A model generated the notes under the pieces. It did no database searches and was not told the DNA's origin. It saw only the letters and a program-made list of their open reading frames with translations. Below, piece after piece: positions 50,832-59,407 of a stretch of 64,000 nucleotides of DNA (its first letter is position 1; each line of letters opens with the position of its first letter). The DNA is taken from assembly GCA_944372795.1 (NCBI GenBank), contig CALWAF010000003.1:5443-69442 (forward strand), read 5' to 3'. A program made the translations under genes and the position numbers. The stretch comes from an uncultured Clostridia bacterium. Lineage in GTDB: Bacteria; Bacillota; Clostridia; Christensenellales; CAG-917.

Positions 50832-51480
50832 GGACGCCGACATGGTGCTCACCCTCGTTTCCCTCGAAGAGGGCAGGCTCACCGCGTCGGCGAGAGGGTG
50901 TCTCAAACCGCGCGCGAAGCTGCGTTACGCCGCCGAACCCATGAACTTCGGGGAGTATATGCTTTCGGGCAAGGGGGACAGATACATAGTGACGGACTGC
51001 GTGCAGTACGATTCTTTCTCTCCCGTGACCGCGGACATCGACAGCTACTATGCCGCGTGCATGATCTTGGAGCTTCTCTCTCGTCTTTCTCCCGAGCCTC
51101 AACCCCGCCTCTTCCTTGCGGCGGTGAACGAGCTGAAAGCGCTTGCCTACGAGGACAAGGACTCCCGCGATGCCGCGCGGGATTTTCTGCTTGCGGCGCT
51201 GGCGGAGGGCGGCAACGGACTGAATTTTTCGGTGTGTTCCGACTGCGGCTGTATGCTGGACGGGGAGGCTGCTTTCTCGGAGGCGGGAGGCATAACTTGC
51301 GTGCACTGCGCGCCGTATGACGCCATCAGGGTGGATGCGGCGTCGCGCGCATATATAGCGGGGGAGTACAACGACGCCCCCGAAGCGATCAAAATAAGGG
51401 CAGGCAGGCTGCTGGCGGATTTCCTTTACCGCACCCAAGGAGTGCGTCCCGACGGCAGCTATTTCAAGGAGAAGGAATGA
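50785..51480 (+). CDS. recO: DNA repair protein RecO
   Basis: N-terminal OB fold KAIVTRAVPYRDADMVLTLVSLEEGRLTASARG. Zinc finger CSDCG...CVHC. GGAGAAGG RBS. Confidence 0.88.
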   Translation: MDKKVKAIVTRAVPYRDADMVLTLVSLEEGRLTASARGCLKPRAKLRYAAEPMNFGEYMLSGKGDRYIVTDCVQYDSFSPVTADIDSYYAACMILELLSRLSPEPQPRLFLAAVNELKALAYEDKDSRDAARDFLLAALAEGGNGLNFSVCSDCGCMLDGEAAFSEAGGITCVHCAPYDAIRVDAASRAYIAGEYNDAPEAIKIRAGRLLADFLYRTQGVRPDGSYFKEKE

Positions 51481-53489
51481 GAAAGAAAGTTTGGTTCACT
51501 CTCGTCGTCGCGGCGGTCGCCGCAGTCACGGCTTTCACGGCGTTCGGCTGCAACAAGTTCACCGACAACGCCCCCGCGCTCTCGGACATCTATCGCAACT
51601 ACGATGCGACGCAGGGCGAGATCGACACGGCAGAGCTCGGGCTGGTGCTCCCCGAAGGGTGGCAGGTGTTGTCCTCCGCCTCGGGCGCCAACGCGGACTC
51701 CGACATCGGCTATATCGCGAGCATGAACGCCTTCATCGTCGTCAACGGCTACGGCGACCTTTCCGTCGTCAAAGTGCCGGAAGGCGAGGACAAGACCGTG
51801 ACGGAGGAGGATCTCATCATCCCGCCGTCCGTGGGCGTCAGAGCCATAAAAGCAGCGGGCAATTTCTTTGCCGTGCGCGTGGCGAGCAGCTCCGGTTTCG
51901 TCGGCGTGATGGACGCCGAGGGCAAGTGGAGGGTCAACGCCGACAAGACGAGATCGACGGGTGAGGAAATAAGCAAGGATACTCTCTCATCCGCAATACG
52001 CGTGCTCGACGACGAGCTGGTGGCGATAAGCCCCGACGTCGCAGCCGACCCCGAGCTTGCGGGCAGTCGCGGCTACACTCCGATATACCGCATCTCCACG
52101 GGAAAGGCGGTGTGCCGCATAAACACGGGCGGCTCGCTCGACAACATCCTCGCATTTGACGGCAAGTACATCTCGGTGGAAACGTCCTCGACGTCCGCGG
52201 GCAGAGAGACGCGCATCTACACTGTGCCGGAGACGCTGTCCGACACGGCGGATCTTGCCTATCCCCGCTACGGCAGCTTCGTCAACGACGCCGACTACGA
52301 CGACTTCTACACCGAGTCGTTGTATCTAGGTGACGGCGAGTTCTACGTCCACACCGAGTGGACGGTGGACGCCGACGACACCTACACCTATTCCTACGAC
52401 GGCGAATATTACCGCGCGTTGAGATACATCTACGATCCCGATGCGGACGACAGGGAGCAGTACACCTCTTCCTACATCTTCCTCAACGCCGTCAATTCCT
52501 ACTACGACAATGCGTCGAGAAGCGTGGACGGCTCCGTCTCCGCCGTGGCGTCATCATTCCTCAAAGACGGCTACACCTACGCGTCCTTCGGGCTGCTCAT
52601 CGGCTCGGACAAGGAGGCGCTGTACGACCAGTTCATTCTGGACGGCGACCTCAACATCGTCTATTCTCTCACCACCAATTTCGGCATCCGTCCCGAGGGC
52701 TCCCTCGACCGCGAGGAAGTGGGCATCTACGACCTCATGATGCAGGGCTCCGACGGCTACTACTACTCCCGTGTCATGCCAAGCGCCATCAGGCTCTACA
52801 CCGCGGAGGGTAAGCTGGTGTTCGAGAACGACGACTACACCTTCGTCAGTGCGGGATTGCAGAACGGCATCCTCATCGCGGGCATCGAAGACGAGGACGG
52901 CGACACAGTCTACGGCGCATTCGATCTTGCGGGCAACGAGGTCATCCCATTCGAGTACAGCTATATCGAGCCGTTCAGGAGCTACTACACCTACGCCGTC
53001 ACCGCGGAGGGCAACACCCGAGTGCTGCTCGGACGCGACGGACAGCCTGCGGCGCTCGAAGAGGGTGCGACAACGCATTTTTCGGACATCGCGACCAGCA
53101 GCAACAAAACGGCGCTGGAAAAGAGGGGATGCTACGTCTTCCGCAAAGAGACGGAGGACGGCGTGCGCTACGGCGTCAAGAACATGAGCGGCAACTTCGA
53201 CGGCAACGTCGTGCTGGCGGCGGAACTCACCACCTGCACGCTCTATTCGCCCAACAGCGACAACAGCCTCGTCTTCGCGTGGGGCAACCGCGAAAGCGAC
53301 GGCGCATATTGCGTCTACATGCTCCGTTCTTCTGTGTCGGCGGCGGCGCCAGCCCCGCCCTCCGACGGGCTGCCAGATTGGGCGATCGGACTCATCGCCG
53401 CAGGCTGCACTCTTGCCGTCGCGGGCATCGCGTTCGGCGTGGTGATGTGGGTGCGCCGCCGTCGTAAAACGGGCGGTGAAAGCAAATGA
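51477..53489 (+). CDS. Large surface protein with lipobox, WG-type repeats and C-terminal TM anchor
   Basis: Lipobox AFTAFGCN. Repeats such as VGVMDAEGKWRVNAD and YGAFDLAGNEVIPFEYSYIEPF. C-terminal WAIGLIAAGCTLAVAGIAFGVVMWV followed by RRRRK. ATGA overlaps on both sides. Confidence 0.6.
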   Translation: MRKKVWFTLVVAAVAAVTAFTAFGCNKFTDNAPALSDIYRNYDATQGEIDTAELGLVLPEGWQVLSSASGANADSDIGYIASMNAFIVVNGYGDLSVVKVPEGEDKTVTEEDLIIPPSVGVRAIKAAGNFFAVRVASSSGFVGVMDAEGKWRVNADKTRSTGEEISKDTLSSAIRVLDDELVAISPDVAADPELAGSRGYTPIYRISTGKAVCRINTGGSLDNILAFDGKYISVETSSTSAGRETRIYTVPETLSDTADLAYPRYGSFVNDADYDDFYTESLYLGDGEFYVHTEWTVDADDTYTYSYDGEYYRALRYIYDPDADDREQYTSSYIFLNAVNSYYDNASRSVDGSVSAVASSFLKDGYTYASFGLLIGSDKEALYDQFILDGDLNIVYSLTTNFGIRPEGSLDREEVGIYDLMMQGSDGYYYSRVMPSAIRLYTAEGKLVFENDDYTFVSAGLQNGILIAGIEDEDGDTVYGAFDLAGNEVIPFEYSYIEPFRSYYTYAVTAEGNTRVLLGRDGQPAALEEGATTHFSDIATSSNKTALEKRGCYVFRKETEDGVRYGVKNMSGNFDGNVVLAAELTTCTLYSPNSDNSLVFAWGNRESDGAYCVYMLRSSVSAAAPAPPSDGLPDWAIGLIAAGCTLAVAGIAFGVVMWVRRRRKTGGESK

Positions 53490-54469
53490 TCACGCGCATC
53501 GTAAATGCAGAAGAAGGGCTTGATGAAGCCGTTTCGCTGATAAAAAGCGGCGAATTGGTCGTTTTCCCCACCGAGACCGTTTACGGGCTCGGGGCAAACG
53601 CATACGACGCCGCGGCGGTGAAAAAGATCTTCGAGGCGAAGGGCAGACCGCAGGATAATCCCCTCATCGTACACATCTCACGAGTGGAGGAAGTGAGGGA
53701 CATCGCACGCGACATCCCCGACGTCTTCTTCACCCTCGCAGCGCATTTCATGCCGGGTGCGCTCACCGTGGTGCTGCCGCGCTCGGAGCGCATCCCCGAC
53801 ATCGTGACTGCGGGCGGCGACACCGTCGCGGTGAGGATGCCGAAGAGCCCTGTCGCACGGGAGCTCATCGCCCGTTCCTTCCCCCTTGCGGCGCCCTCGG
53901 CGAACCGCAGCAAACACGTTTCTCCCACGTCAGCACGCCACGTCTTCGACGATCTTGACGGCAGAGTGCCGCTCATCCTTGACGGCGGCGAGTGCGAGGT
54001 GGGCATAGAGTCCACCGTGCTCGATCTCACGTCCGGGGAGCCCGTAATACTTCGTCCCGGCGCCGTGACGGCACAGATGCTCGCGCCCTTCCTCGGCGTC
54101 GCTCCCGGCAGCGGGAAGGTGATAGGCACCGCGAAGTCGCCGGGGATGAAATATGAGCACTACGCGCCGACGGCGGACGCCTATGCGGCAAGTTCTCCCG
54201 CAGTCGCCGCACTCTTTTACGACAAGTGCGTGAAGGAAGGCAGACGTCCCGTGCTCCTGTTCGGAGAGGGGAAAGCGGCGGAGCTGGGAGACAGAGAGCG
54301 CATTTCGCTGGGGGAGAGCGTGGATGACTTCATGCATTCCGTCTACTCGGCGCTGCGCACCGCAGAGAAAGAGCACGACGTCATCATCGTCGAGATGCTG
54401 GAGGGCGAGGGCAGAGCCGCGTCCGTGATGAACAGAGTCATGAAAGCGGTGGGAGGAAAGGTGCTGTGA
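53486..54469 (+). CDS. tsaC: L-threonylcarbamoyladenylate synthase (TsaC/Sua5, long form)
   Basis: GELVVFPTETVYGLGANA, KIFEAKGRPQDNPLIVHI and APSANRSKHVSPT motifs, plus a Sua5 C-terminal domain. Confidence 0.92.
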   Translation: MITRIVNAEEGLDEAVSLIKSGELVVFPTETVYGLGANAYDAAAVKKIFEAKGRPQDNPLIVHISRVEEVRDIARDIPDVFFTLAAHFMPGALTVVLPRSERIPDIVTAGGDTVAVRMPKSPVARELIARSFPLAAPSANRSKHVSPTSARHVFDDLDGRVPLILDGGECEVGIESTVLDLTSGEPVILRPGAVTAQMLAPFLGVAPGSGKVIGTAKSPGMKYEHYAPTADAYAASSPAVAALFYDKCVKEGRRPVLLFGEGKAAELGDRERISLGESVDDFMHSVYSALRTAEKEHDVIIVEMLEGEGRAASVMNRVMKAVGGKVL

Positions 54470-54906
54470 AGATAGTTTTCGTCTGTACGGGCAACACCTG
54501 CCGCTCCCCGATGCTTGCTGCCATGTTTTCCGACTACGCGCGTAAGGTGGGTTTCGATTGCGAGACGGCAAGCGCGGGTATGCAGGGAGGCGGCAAGAGC
54601 GTGAACCCCAAGACGGAGCATACGCTGTCGGAGCGCGGGCTTTCCGCAGAAGGGCACGTGTCCTCGGTGTTCGGCGAGAGGGAGGCGGAGGCGGACTTCG
54701 TCTTCACCATGACCGACGCCCAGCGCGACGAGCTGCGCTCGCGTTTCCCCTCTGCCACGGTGGAGAGCCTCTCCCGATTCTTCGGCGCAGACATCCCCGA
54801 TCCTTACGGCGGCGGACAGGCGGACTACGACGCCGTCGCAGACATATTCGAGGGGCTCATGGGCAAGCTGCACGACTTTGTCACCGCTCCGTCCCGTCCG
54901 TGTTGA
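54466..54906 (+). CDS. Low-molecular-weight protein phosphatase (YwlE-like)
   Basis: P-loop VCTGNTCRSPM, and the DP motif (IPDPYGG). GTG start overlapping the tsaC stop. Confidence 0.9.
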   Translation: MKIVFVCTGNTCRSPMLAAMFSDYARKVGFDCETASAGMQGGGKSVNPKTEHTLSERGLSAEGHVSSVFGEREAEADFVFTMTDAQRDELRSRFPSATVESLSRFFGADIPDPYGGGQADYDAVADIFEGLMGKLHDFVTAPSRPC

Positions 54907-54946
54907 AAGGGAGCACAAAACCGAAACTGCGAAATTTATAAAACCG

Positions 54947-54973
54947 CAAAAGGGACGCATCCGCGTCCCTTTT
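54947..54973. terminator. Bidirectional rho-independent terminator
   Basis: AAAA-GGGACGC-ATCC-GCGTCCC-TTTT between convergent genes. Confidence 0.8.
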
Positions 54974-55001
54974 GCATGAGGCAGTATGTTCCCCTCCGCC
55001 G

Positions 55002-55484
55002 TCAGAGCGCGGAGAGCAGTTCCTTGAATGCTTTGATGTGCAGTTCCTCGTCCAGAATGATGCGTTCGATGAGAGCCTTGACACACTCCGTCCGCAGCGC
55101 GAGCACTGTGCGCTCGTAGTTGAGGATGGCGGTCTCTTCCGCCGAAATGTTCTCGCGCAGATACTTCTTCGGGTCGAGGGTGTAGTTGACGAAGCTCCCG
55201 CTCCAATATGTCCTGCCACCCATCACGGGATAGCCGCCCAGCTTCACGATCGCCTTGCCCAGCAGCTCGTGGTGGTGCATCTCCACCCGCGCTATGGCGG
55301 CGAGGGCGTCAGAGAGCTCTCGATTGCGCGTGGTCACATAGTGCTGGAAACAGTAGGTCGCGATCGCGGTGAGCTCTCCCGCGGGCCCGCCGTAGACGGG
55401 CATGAGCAGCTTCCCGTCCGCGAGGTTTTCGGCGCATTCGATGTCGGGATAGGGCAGGTCGGAAACGATAGTGAGCTGTTGCAT
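55002..55484 (-). CDS. Ferritin-like / Mn-catalase (CotJC-like) family protein
   Basis: AGGAGG RBS before ATG 55484. YGGPAGELTAIATYCFQHY and ARVEMHHHELLGKAI are di-metal helix motifs. Confidence 0.7.
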   Translation of the reverse strand: MQQLTIVSDLPYPDIECAENLADGKLLMPVYGGPAGELTAIATYCFQHYVTTRNRELSDALAAIARVEMHHHELLGKAIVKLGGYPVMGGRTYWSGSFVNYTLDPKKYLRENISAEETAILNYERTVLALRTECVKALIERIILDEELHIKAFKELLSAL

Positions 55485-55675
55485 TGCACTCCTCCTTGCC
55501 TCAATATATGTCCGTCTCACCCCGTCTGTGAGAGGACGGAGGGACAAAATGCGCGCCCTGCGTGAAAAATGCTTCAATCCGCTTGCCAAAAGAACGGCAC
55601 TGTGCTAGAATTTTCTAGCTTGTAAACGGAAATGCGCGCAGAACGCACGCAAAACCGTAACGAGAGGTCACAGGT

Positions 55676-56044
55676 ATGAAGAAAAGAGTTCTTATGATCA
55701 TCGCACTCATCGCGCTCGTCGCCGTGCTCGGCGTCGTGCTTGCGGCGTGCAACGAGTCCACCACCAACGATCCGGCGGGTTCCATCGACTATGACGTCAG
55801 GCAGAACGTCACTCTTGCGTTCATGATCCTGATGCTCATCGCAGGCATAGCATTGATCGTCGTTGTCATGATGCAGAAGGGCACCAACGACAACGTCGGA
55901 GTCATATCGGGAGCGTCCGACACCTACTACGGCAGAAACAAGGAAAAGGGCAAAGAGGGCGTGCTCAAGAAAGTCACCTTCGCACTCTTCGCATTCATCC
56001 TCGTGTGTTCCATCATCTGCTTCGTGGTCGGTACGGTCGACTGA
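55676..56044 (+). CDS. secG: SecG-like preprotein translocase subunit with an extra N-terminal signal/lipobox-like segment
   Basis: The C-terminal 75 aa (LAFMILMLIAGIALIVVVMMQKGTNDNVGVISGAS...LKKVTFALFAFILVCSIICFVV) fit the SecG two-TM pattern with the central LQ.GKG-like loop. The N-terminal 45 aa add a TM segment ending VLAACN. Confidence 0.6.
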   Translation: MKKRVLMIIALIALVAVLGVVLAACNESTTNDPAGSIDYDVRQNVTLAFMILMLIAGIALIVVVMMQKGTNDNVGVISGASDTYYGRNKEKGKEGVLKKVTFALFAFILVCSIICFVVGTVD

Positions 56045-56063
56045 AACAAGACGCATACAGCTG

Positions 56064-56090
56064 CGGCTCCCGAACGGGAGCCGTTTTTTT
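56064..56090 (+). terminator. Rho-independent terminator after the secG-like gene
   Basis: CGGCTCCC-GAAC-GGGAGCCG followed by T7. Confidence 0.85.
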
Positions 56091-56092
56091 AT

Positions 56093-56277
56093 GCCGGACC
56101 GAAATAATACGAACCTGCCTCAGAGCAATTCTTTTCGGCGCTTTTGCACAGCCGAAACTTGCTAATATGTATACTATTGGCTGCGTTCCGCCGGAGCAAA
56201 ATCATCCGAAAATCTCTTGCTCTGAGGTGCGAGCAGTTCGGCATCGCCGAACCGGGTTCGTATTATTCCGGACCGGC
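56093..56277. repeat. 185-bp imperfect palindromic element
   Basis: Terminal arms GCCGGACCGAAATAATACGAACC (56093-56115) and GGTTCGTATTATTCCGGACCGGC (56255-56277). Inner perfect 11-bp arms CCTCAGAGCAA (56118-56128) / TTGCTCTGAGG (56217-56227). Confidence 0.6.
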
Positions 56278-56381
56278 ATCTCCGCAGGACACGTTCTTCG
56301 AAACGCGAGCAGAGCAATTCTTCTCGGCGCGGACGGGAAACAGGGCGGAGAGAGCGCGTTCCGGGAGAGGGCGTAAAACTC

Positions 56382-56410
56382 TTGAAAAAAGAGAAAAAAA
56401 GATATATCAT
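56382..56410 (+). promoter_or_regulatory. Candidate smpB promoter TTGAAA-17 nt-TATCAT
   Basis: TTGAAA at 56382-56387 and TATCAT at 56405-56410, within an A-rich spacer. Confidence 0.35.
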
Positions 56411-56456
56411 ATATAGTAACGGTGTCCGCGTCGGGTGCGCGGGCGCGTGGAGAGAA

Positions 56457-56909
56457 ATGAAGATCGTTGCCACCAACAAGAAAGCCTATCACGATTACTT
56501 CGTCGAAGAGACCTACGAGGCGGGCGTCGCGCTCGTCGGCACGGAGGTCAAGTCCGTGCGCCTCGGCAAGGTCAATCTCCGCGACAGCTACGTGACGCTG
56601 AAGAGCGGAGAGGCGCTGCTGGTGGGGGCGCATATCTCTCCTTATGAGAAGGGTAGCTATTTCAACGTCGATCCTCTGCGCACGCGCAGGCTGCTGCTGC
56701 ACGGCGAAGAGATAAGGCGTTTGAAGGCGAAGACGGAGCAGAAGGGCTACACCGTCGTTCCCCTCAAGATCTACTTCAAGGACAGCCTCGTCAAACTTGA
56801 GCTGGGGTTGTGCAAGGGAAAGGATCTTTACGACAAGCGCGAGACCCTGAAACGCCGCGAAGAGGCGAGAAAGCTGGATCGCATCAAGAAGGAATTCAAC
56901 ACCAGATGA
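56457..56909 (+). CDS. smpB: SsrA-binding protein SmpB
   Basis: KIVATNKKAYHDYFVEETYEAGVALVGTEVKSVR and RTRRLLLHGEEI motifs. GGAGAG RBS. Confidence 0.96.
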   Translation: MKIVATNKKAYHDYFVEETYEAGVALVGTEVKSVRLGKVNLRDSYVTLKSGEALLVGAHISPYEKGSYFNVDPLRTRRLLLHGEEIRRLKAKTEQKGYTVVPLKIYFKDSLVKLELGLCKGKDLYDKRETLKRREEARKLDRIKKEFNTR

Positions 56910-56949
56910 CTGCCGCGAGGGTGACGTCCCGGCAGAAAAGGAGTTTTAT

Positions 56950-58236
56950 ATGAGCAAAATAGAGACGTTATGTGTCCAAGGCGGCTATACGCCCGGCAAC
57001 GGCGAACCCAGACAGATCCCCATCGTGCAGAGCACCACGTTCCGTTACGAGACCAGTGAGGATATGGCGAAGCTGTTCGACCTCGAGGCGTCGGGCTACT
57101 TCTACACCCGCCTGCAAAACCCCACCAACGACACTGTGGCGGCAAAGATATGCGCCCTCGAAGGCGGCACCGCGGCGATGCTCACGTCCTCGGGACAGGC
57201 GGCAAACTTCTTTGCCGTGTTCAACATCGCGGGAGCGGGCGATCACGTGGTGGCAAGCTCCACCATCTACGGCGGCACATTCAATCTCTTCTCCGTCACC
57301 ATGAAGCGCATGGGCATAGATTTCACCTTCGTCGCACCCGACGCGAGCGAGGATGAGCTCAACGCCGCTTTCCGTCCCGAGACCAAAGCCGTGTTCGGCG
57401 AGACCATCGCGAATCCTGCGCTCACCGTGCTCGACATCGAGAAGTTCGCGCGCGTTGCGCACGCGCATGGCGTGCCCCTCATTGTCGATAACACCTTTGC
57501 CACTCCCGTCAACTGCCGTCCCTTCGAGTGGGGCGCCGACATCGTGACGCACTCCACCACCAAGTATATGGACGGGCACGGAGCCGCAGTGGGCGGCTGC
57601 ATCGTGGACAGCGGTAAGTTCGACTGGACGAAATATCCCGAGAAATTCCCGGGGCTGTGCACCCCCGACGAGAGCTATCACGGGGTGACTTACACCGAGC
57701 GTTTCGGGCTTGCGGGCGCGTTCATCACCAAGGCGACCGCGCAGCTCATGCGCGACTTCGGCGCGATCCAGTCGCCGCAGAACGCGTTCCTGCTCAATCT
57801 CGGGCTCGAGAGCCTGCACGTCAGGATGAAGAGGCATTGCGAGAACGGGTTCGCCATGGCGAAGTTCCTTGCCGCAAACGAGTATGTAAGCCACGTCACC
57901 TACTGCGACCTGCCCGGGGACAAGTTCCACGAAGTGGCGAAGAAGTATCTGCCCAACGGTTCCTGCGGGGTGGTCAGCTTCACCGTGAAAGGCGGGAGAA
58001 AGGCTGCGGAAAACTTCATGAAGCACCTGAAACTCATCGCCATCGAGACGCACGTTGCCGACGCAAGGTCGTGCTGTCTGCATCCCGCAAGCTCCACCCA
58101 CCGTCAGATGACGGACGAGGAGCTCGCCGCCTGCGGAGTGTCTCCCGACCTCGTCAGGCTCTCCTGCGGCATCGAGAATGCCGACGACCTCATCGCCGAC
58201 GTCAGACAGGCGCTCGAGGCTGCTCACAACAACTGA
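56950..58236 (+). CDS. metY: O-acetylhomoserine aminocarboxypropyltransferase / sulfhydrylase
   Basis: YTRLQNPTNDT, and PLP lysine context HSTTKYMDGHG. 428 aa. Confidence 0.9.
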   Translation: MSKIETLCVQGGYTPGNGEPRQIPIVQSTTFRYETSEDMAKLFDLEASGYFYTRLQNPTNDTVAAKICALEGGTAAMLTSSGQAANFFAVFNIAGAGDHVVASSTIYGGTFNLFSVTMKRMGIDFTFVAPDASEDELNAAFRPETKAVFGETIANPALTVLDIEKFARVAHAHGVPLIVDNTFATPVNCRPFEWGADIVTHSTTKYMDGHGAAVGGCIVDSGKFDWTKYPEKFPGLCTPDESYHGVTYTERFGLAGAFITKATAQLMRDFGAIQSPQNAFLLNLGLESLHVRMKRHCENGFAMAKFLAANEYVSHVTYCDLPGDKFHEVAKKYLPNGSCGVVSFTVKGGRKAAENFMKHLKLIAIETHVADARSCCLHPASSTHRQMTDEELAACGVSPDLVRLSCGIENADDLIADVRQALEAAHNN

Positions 58237-58269
58237 TCGCCGTCCGCGAAAGGGACGGGGGAGGCAAAT

Positions 58270-59202
58270 ATGCCCATCATCATCCCGAAAGACATACCGG
58301 CGTATGCCAACCTGCGCAGCGAAAAGATCTTCGTGATGGATCCCGCGCGCGCCTGCACGCAGGACATTCGTCCGCTGGAAGTCGCCATAGTCAACCTCAT
58401 GCCCACCAAAGAGGTCACCGAGACCCAGCTCATGAGGCTGCTGAGCAACACCCCTCTGCAAGTGAACATCCACCTCATCGGCACCGCGAGCTACAAGAGC
58501 ACGCACGTCTCCGAGGCGCACATGCAGAAGTTTTACCATTCCATCGCGGAAGTGAAAAAGATGAAGTTCGACGGCATGATCGTGACGGGCGCGCCCGTGG
58601 AGACCATCCCCTTCGAAGAGGTCAAATATTGGAACGAGCTCGTCGAGATCATGGACTTTGCGCGCGAGAACGTCACCAGCACCATCTACATCTGCTGGGG
58701 CGCGCAGGCGGCAATGTATCACTTCTGGGGCATAGGCAAGCAGCTGCTGGACAAGAAACTGTTCGGGGTGTTCGCCACCCACGCCATGCAGGAGAACGAT
58801 ATGCTCCTGAAGGGCATGGACGACACCTTCTATATCCCGCACTCCCGCCACACCCGCGTGGACGAGGACGCCGTGCGCGCCTGCGCCGACATCAAGGTGC
58901 TCGCCTCTTCGCCCGAAGCCGGCATCTCCATCGCAAAGACGCACGACAACCGTATGTTCTTCTTCACGGGGCACGCCGAGTACGACCGCTTCACCTTGAA
59001 GAAGGAGTACGACCGCGACCGCGAAAAGGGGCTCGACATCGAACCTCCGAGGAACTATTTCGTCAACGAGGATCTGGGCATCGTGGATATGAAGTGGCGC
59101 TCGACGGCGAATCTTCTCTTCTACAATTGGCTCAACTACTACGTCTATCAGGTCACGCCCTATCTAATCAGCGAGGTGGGTGAGACGACCACAGCCGAGT
59201 GA
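58270..59202 (+). CDS. metA: Homoserine O-acyltransferase MetA
   Basis: MPIIIPKDIPA...LEVAIVNLMPTK, ICWGAQAAMYH (active-site Cys) and IPHSRHT motifs. Confidence 0.9.
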   Translation: MPIIIPKDIPAYANLRSEKIFVMDPARACTQDIRPLEVAIVNLMPTKEVTETQLMRLLSNTPLQVNIHLIGTASYKSTHVSEAHMQKFYHSIAEVKKMKFDGMIVTGAPVETIPFEEVKYWNELVEIMDFARENVTSTIYICWGAQAAMYHFWGIGKQLLDKKLFGVFATHAMQENDMLLKGMDDTFYIPHSRHTRVDEDAVRACADIKVLASSPEAGISIAKTHDNRMFFFTGHAEYDRFTLKKEYDRDREKGLDIEPPRNYFVNEDLGIVDMKWRSTANLLFYNWLNYYVYQVTPYLISEVGETTTAE

Positions 59203-59206
59203 CACG

Positions 59207-59235
59207 GCGGCCGCCCGAAAGGGCGGTCGTTTTTT
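59207..59235 (+). terminator. Rho-independent terminator after metA
   Basis: GCGGCCGCCC-GAAA-GGGCGGTCGT (GNRA loop) followed by T5. Confidence 0.8.
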
Positions 59236-59347
59236 ATGCCCTCGGACGATCGTGGCTTCCCGTCGGCTGAAAGGCGAAAGTCTTGCCCGTGCCTTTGTCC
59301 GGCTTCCCGTTCGCGGGCATTTTAATGTTTTTAATTTTCCTCTTCCG

Positions 59348-59376
59348 TTGAACTTGTGTAGTTTATCTGCTATATT
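59348..59376 (+). promoter_or_regulatory. Sigma-A promoter TTGAAC-17 nt-TATATT
   Basis: TTGAAC at 59348-59353 and TATATT at 59371-59376. Confidence 0.5.
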
Positions 59377-59407
59377 GTATATATAACATCCTGTGAGGGA
59401 GATTATT

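Noticed and set aside
56910-56949. Expected tmRNA (ssrA) gene downstream of smpB
   Set aside because: Only 40 nt separate smpB from metY, which is far too short for a ~350-nt tmRNA. No tRNA-like acceptor or TPsiC sequence was seen in the 365-nt upstream spacer either.
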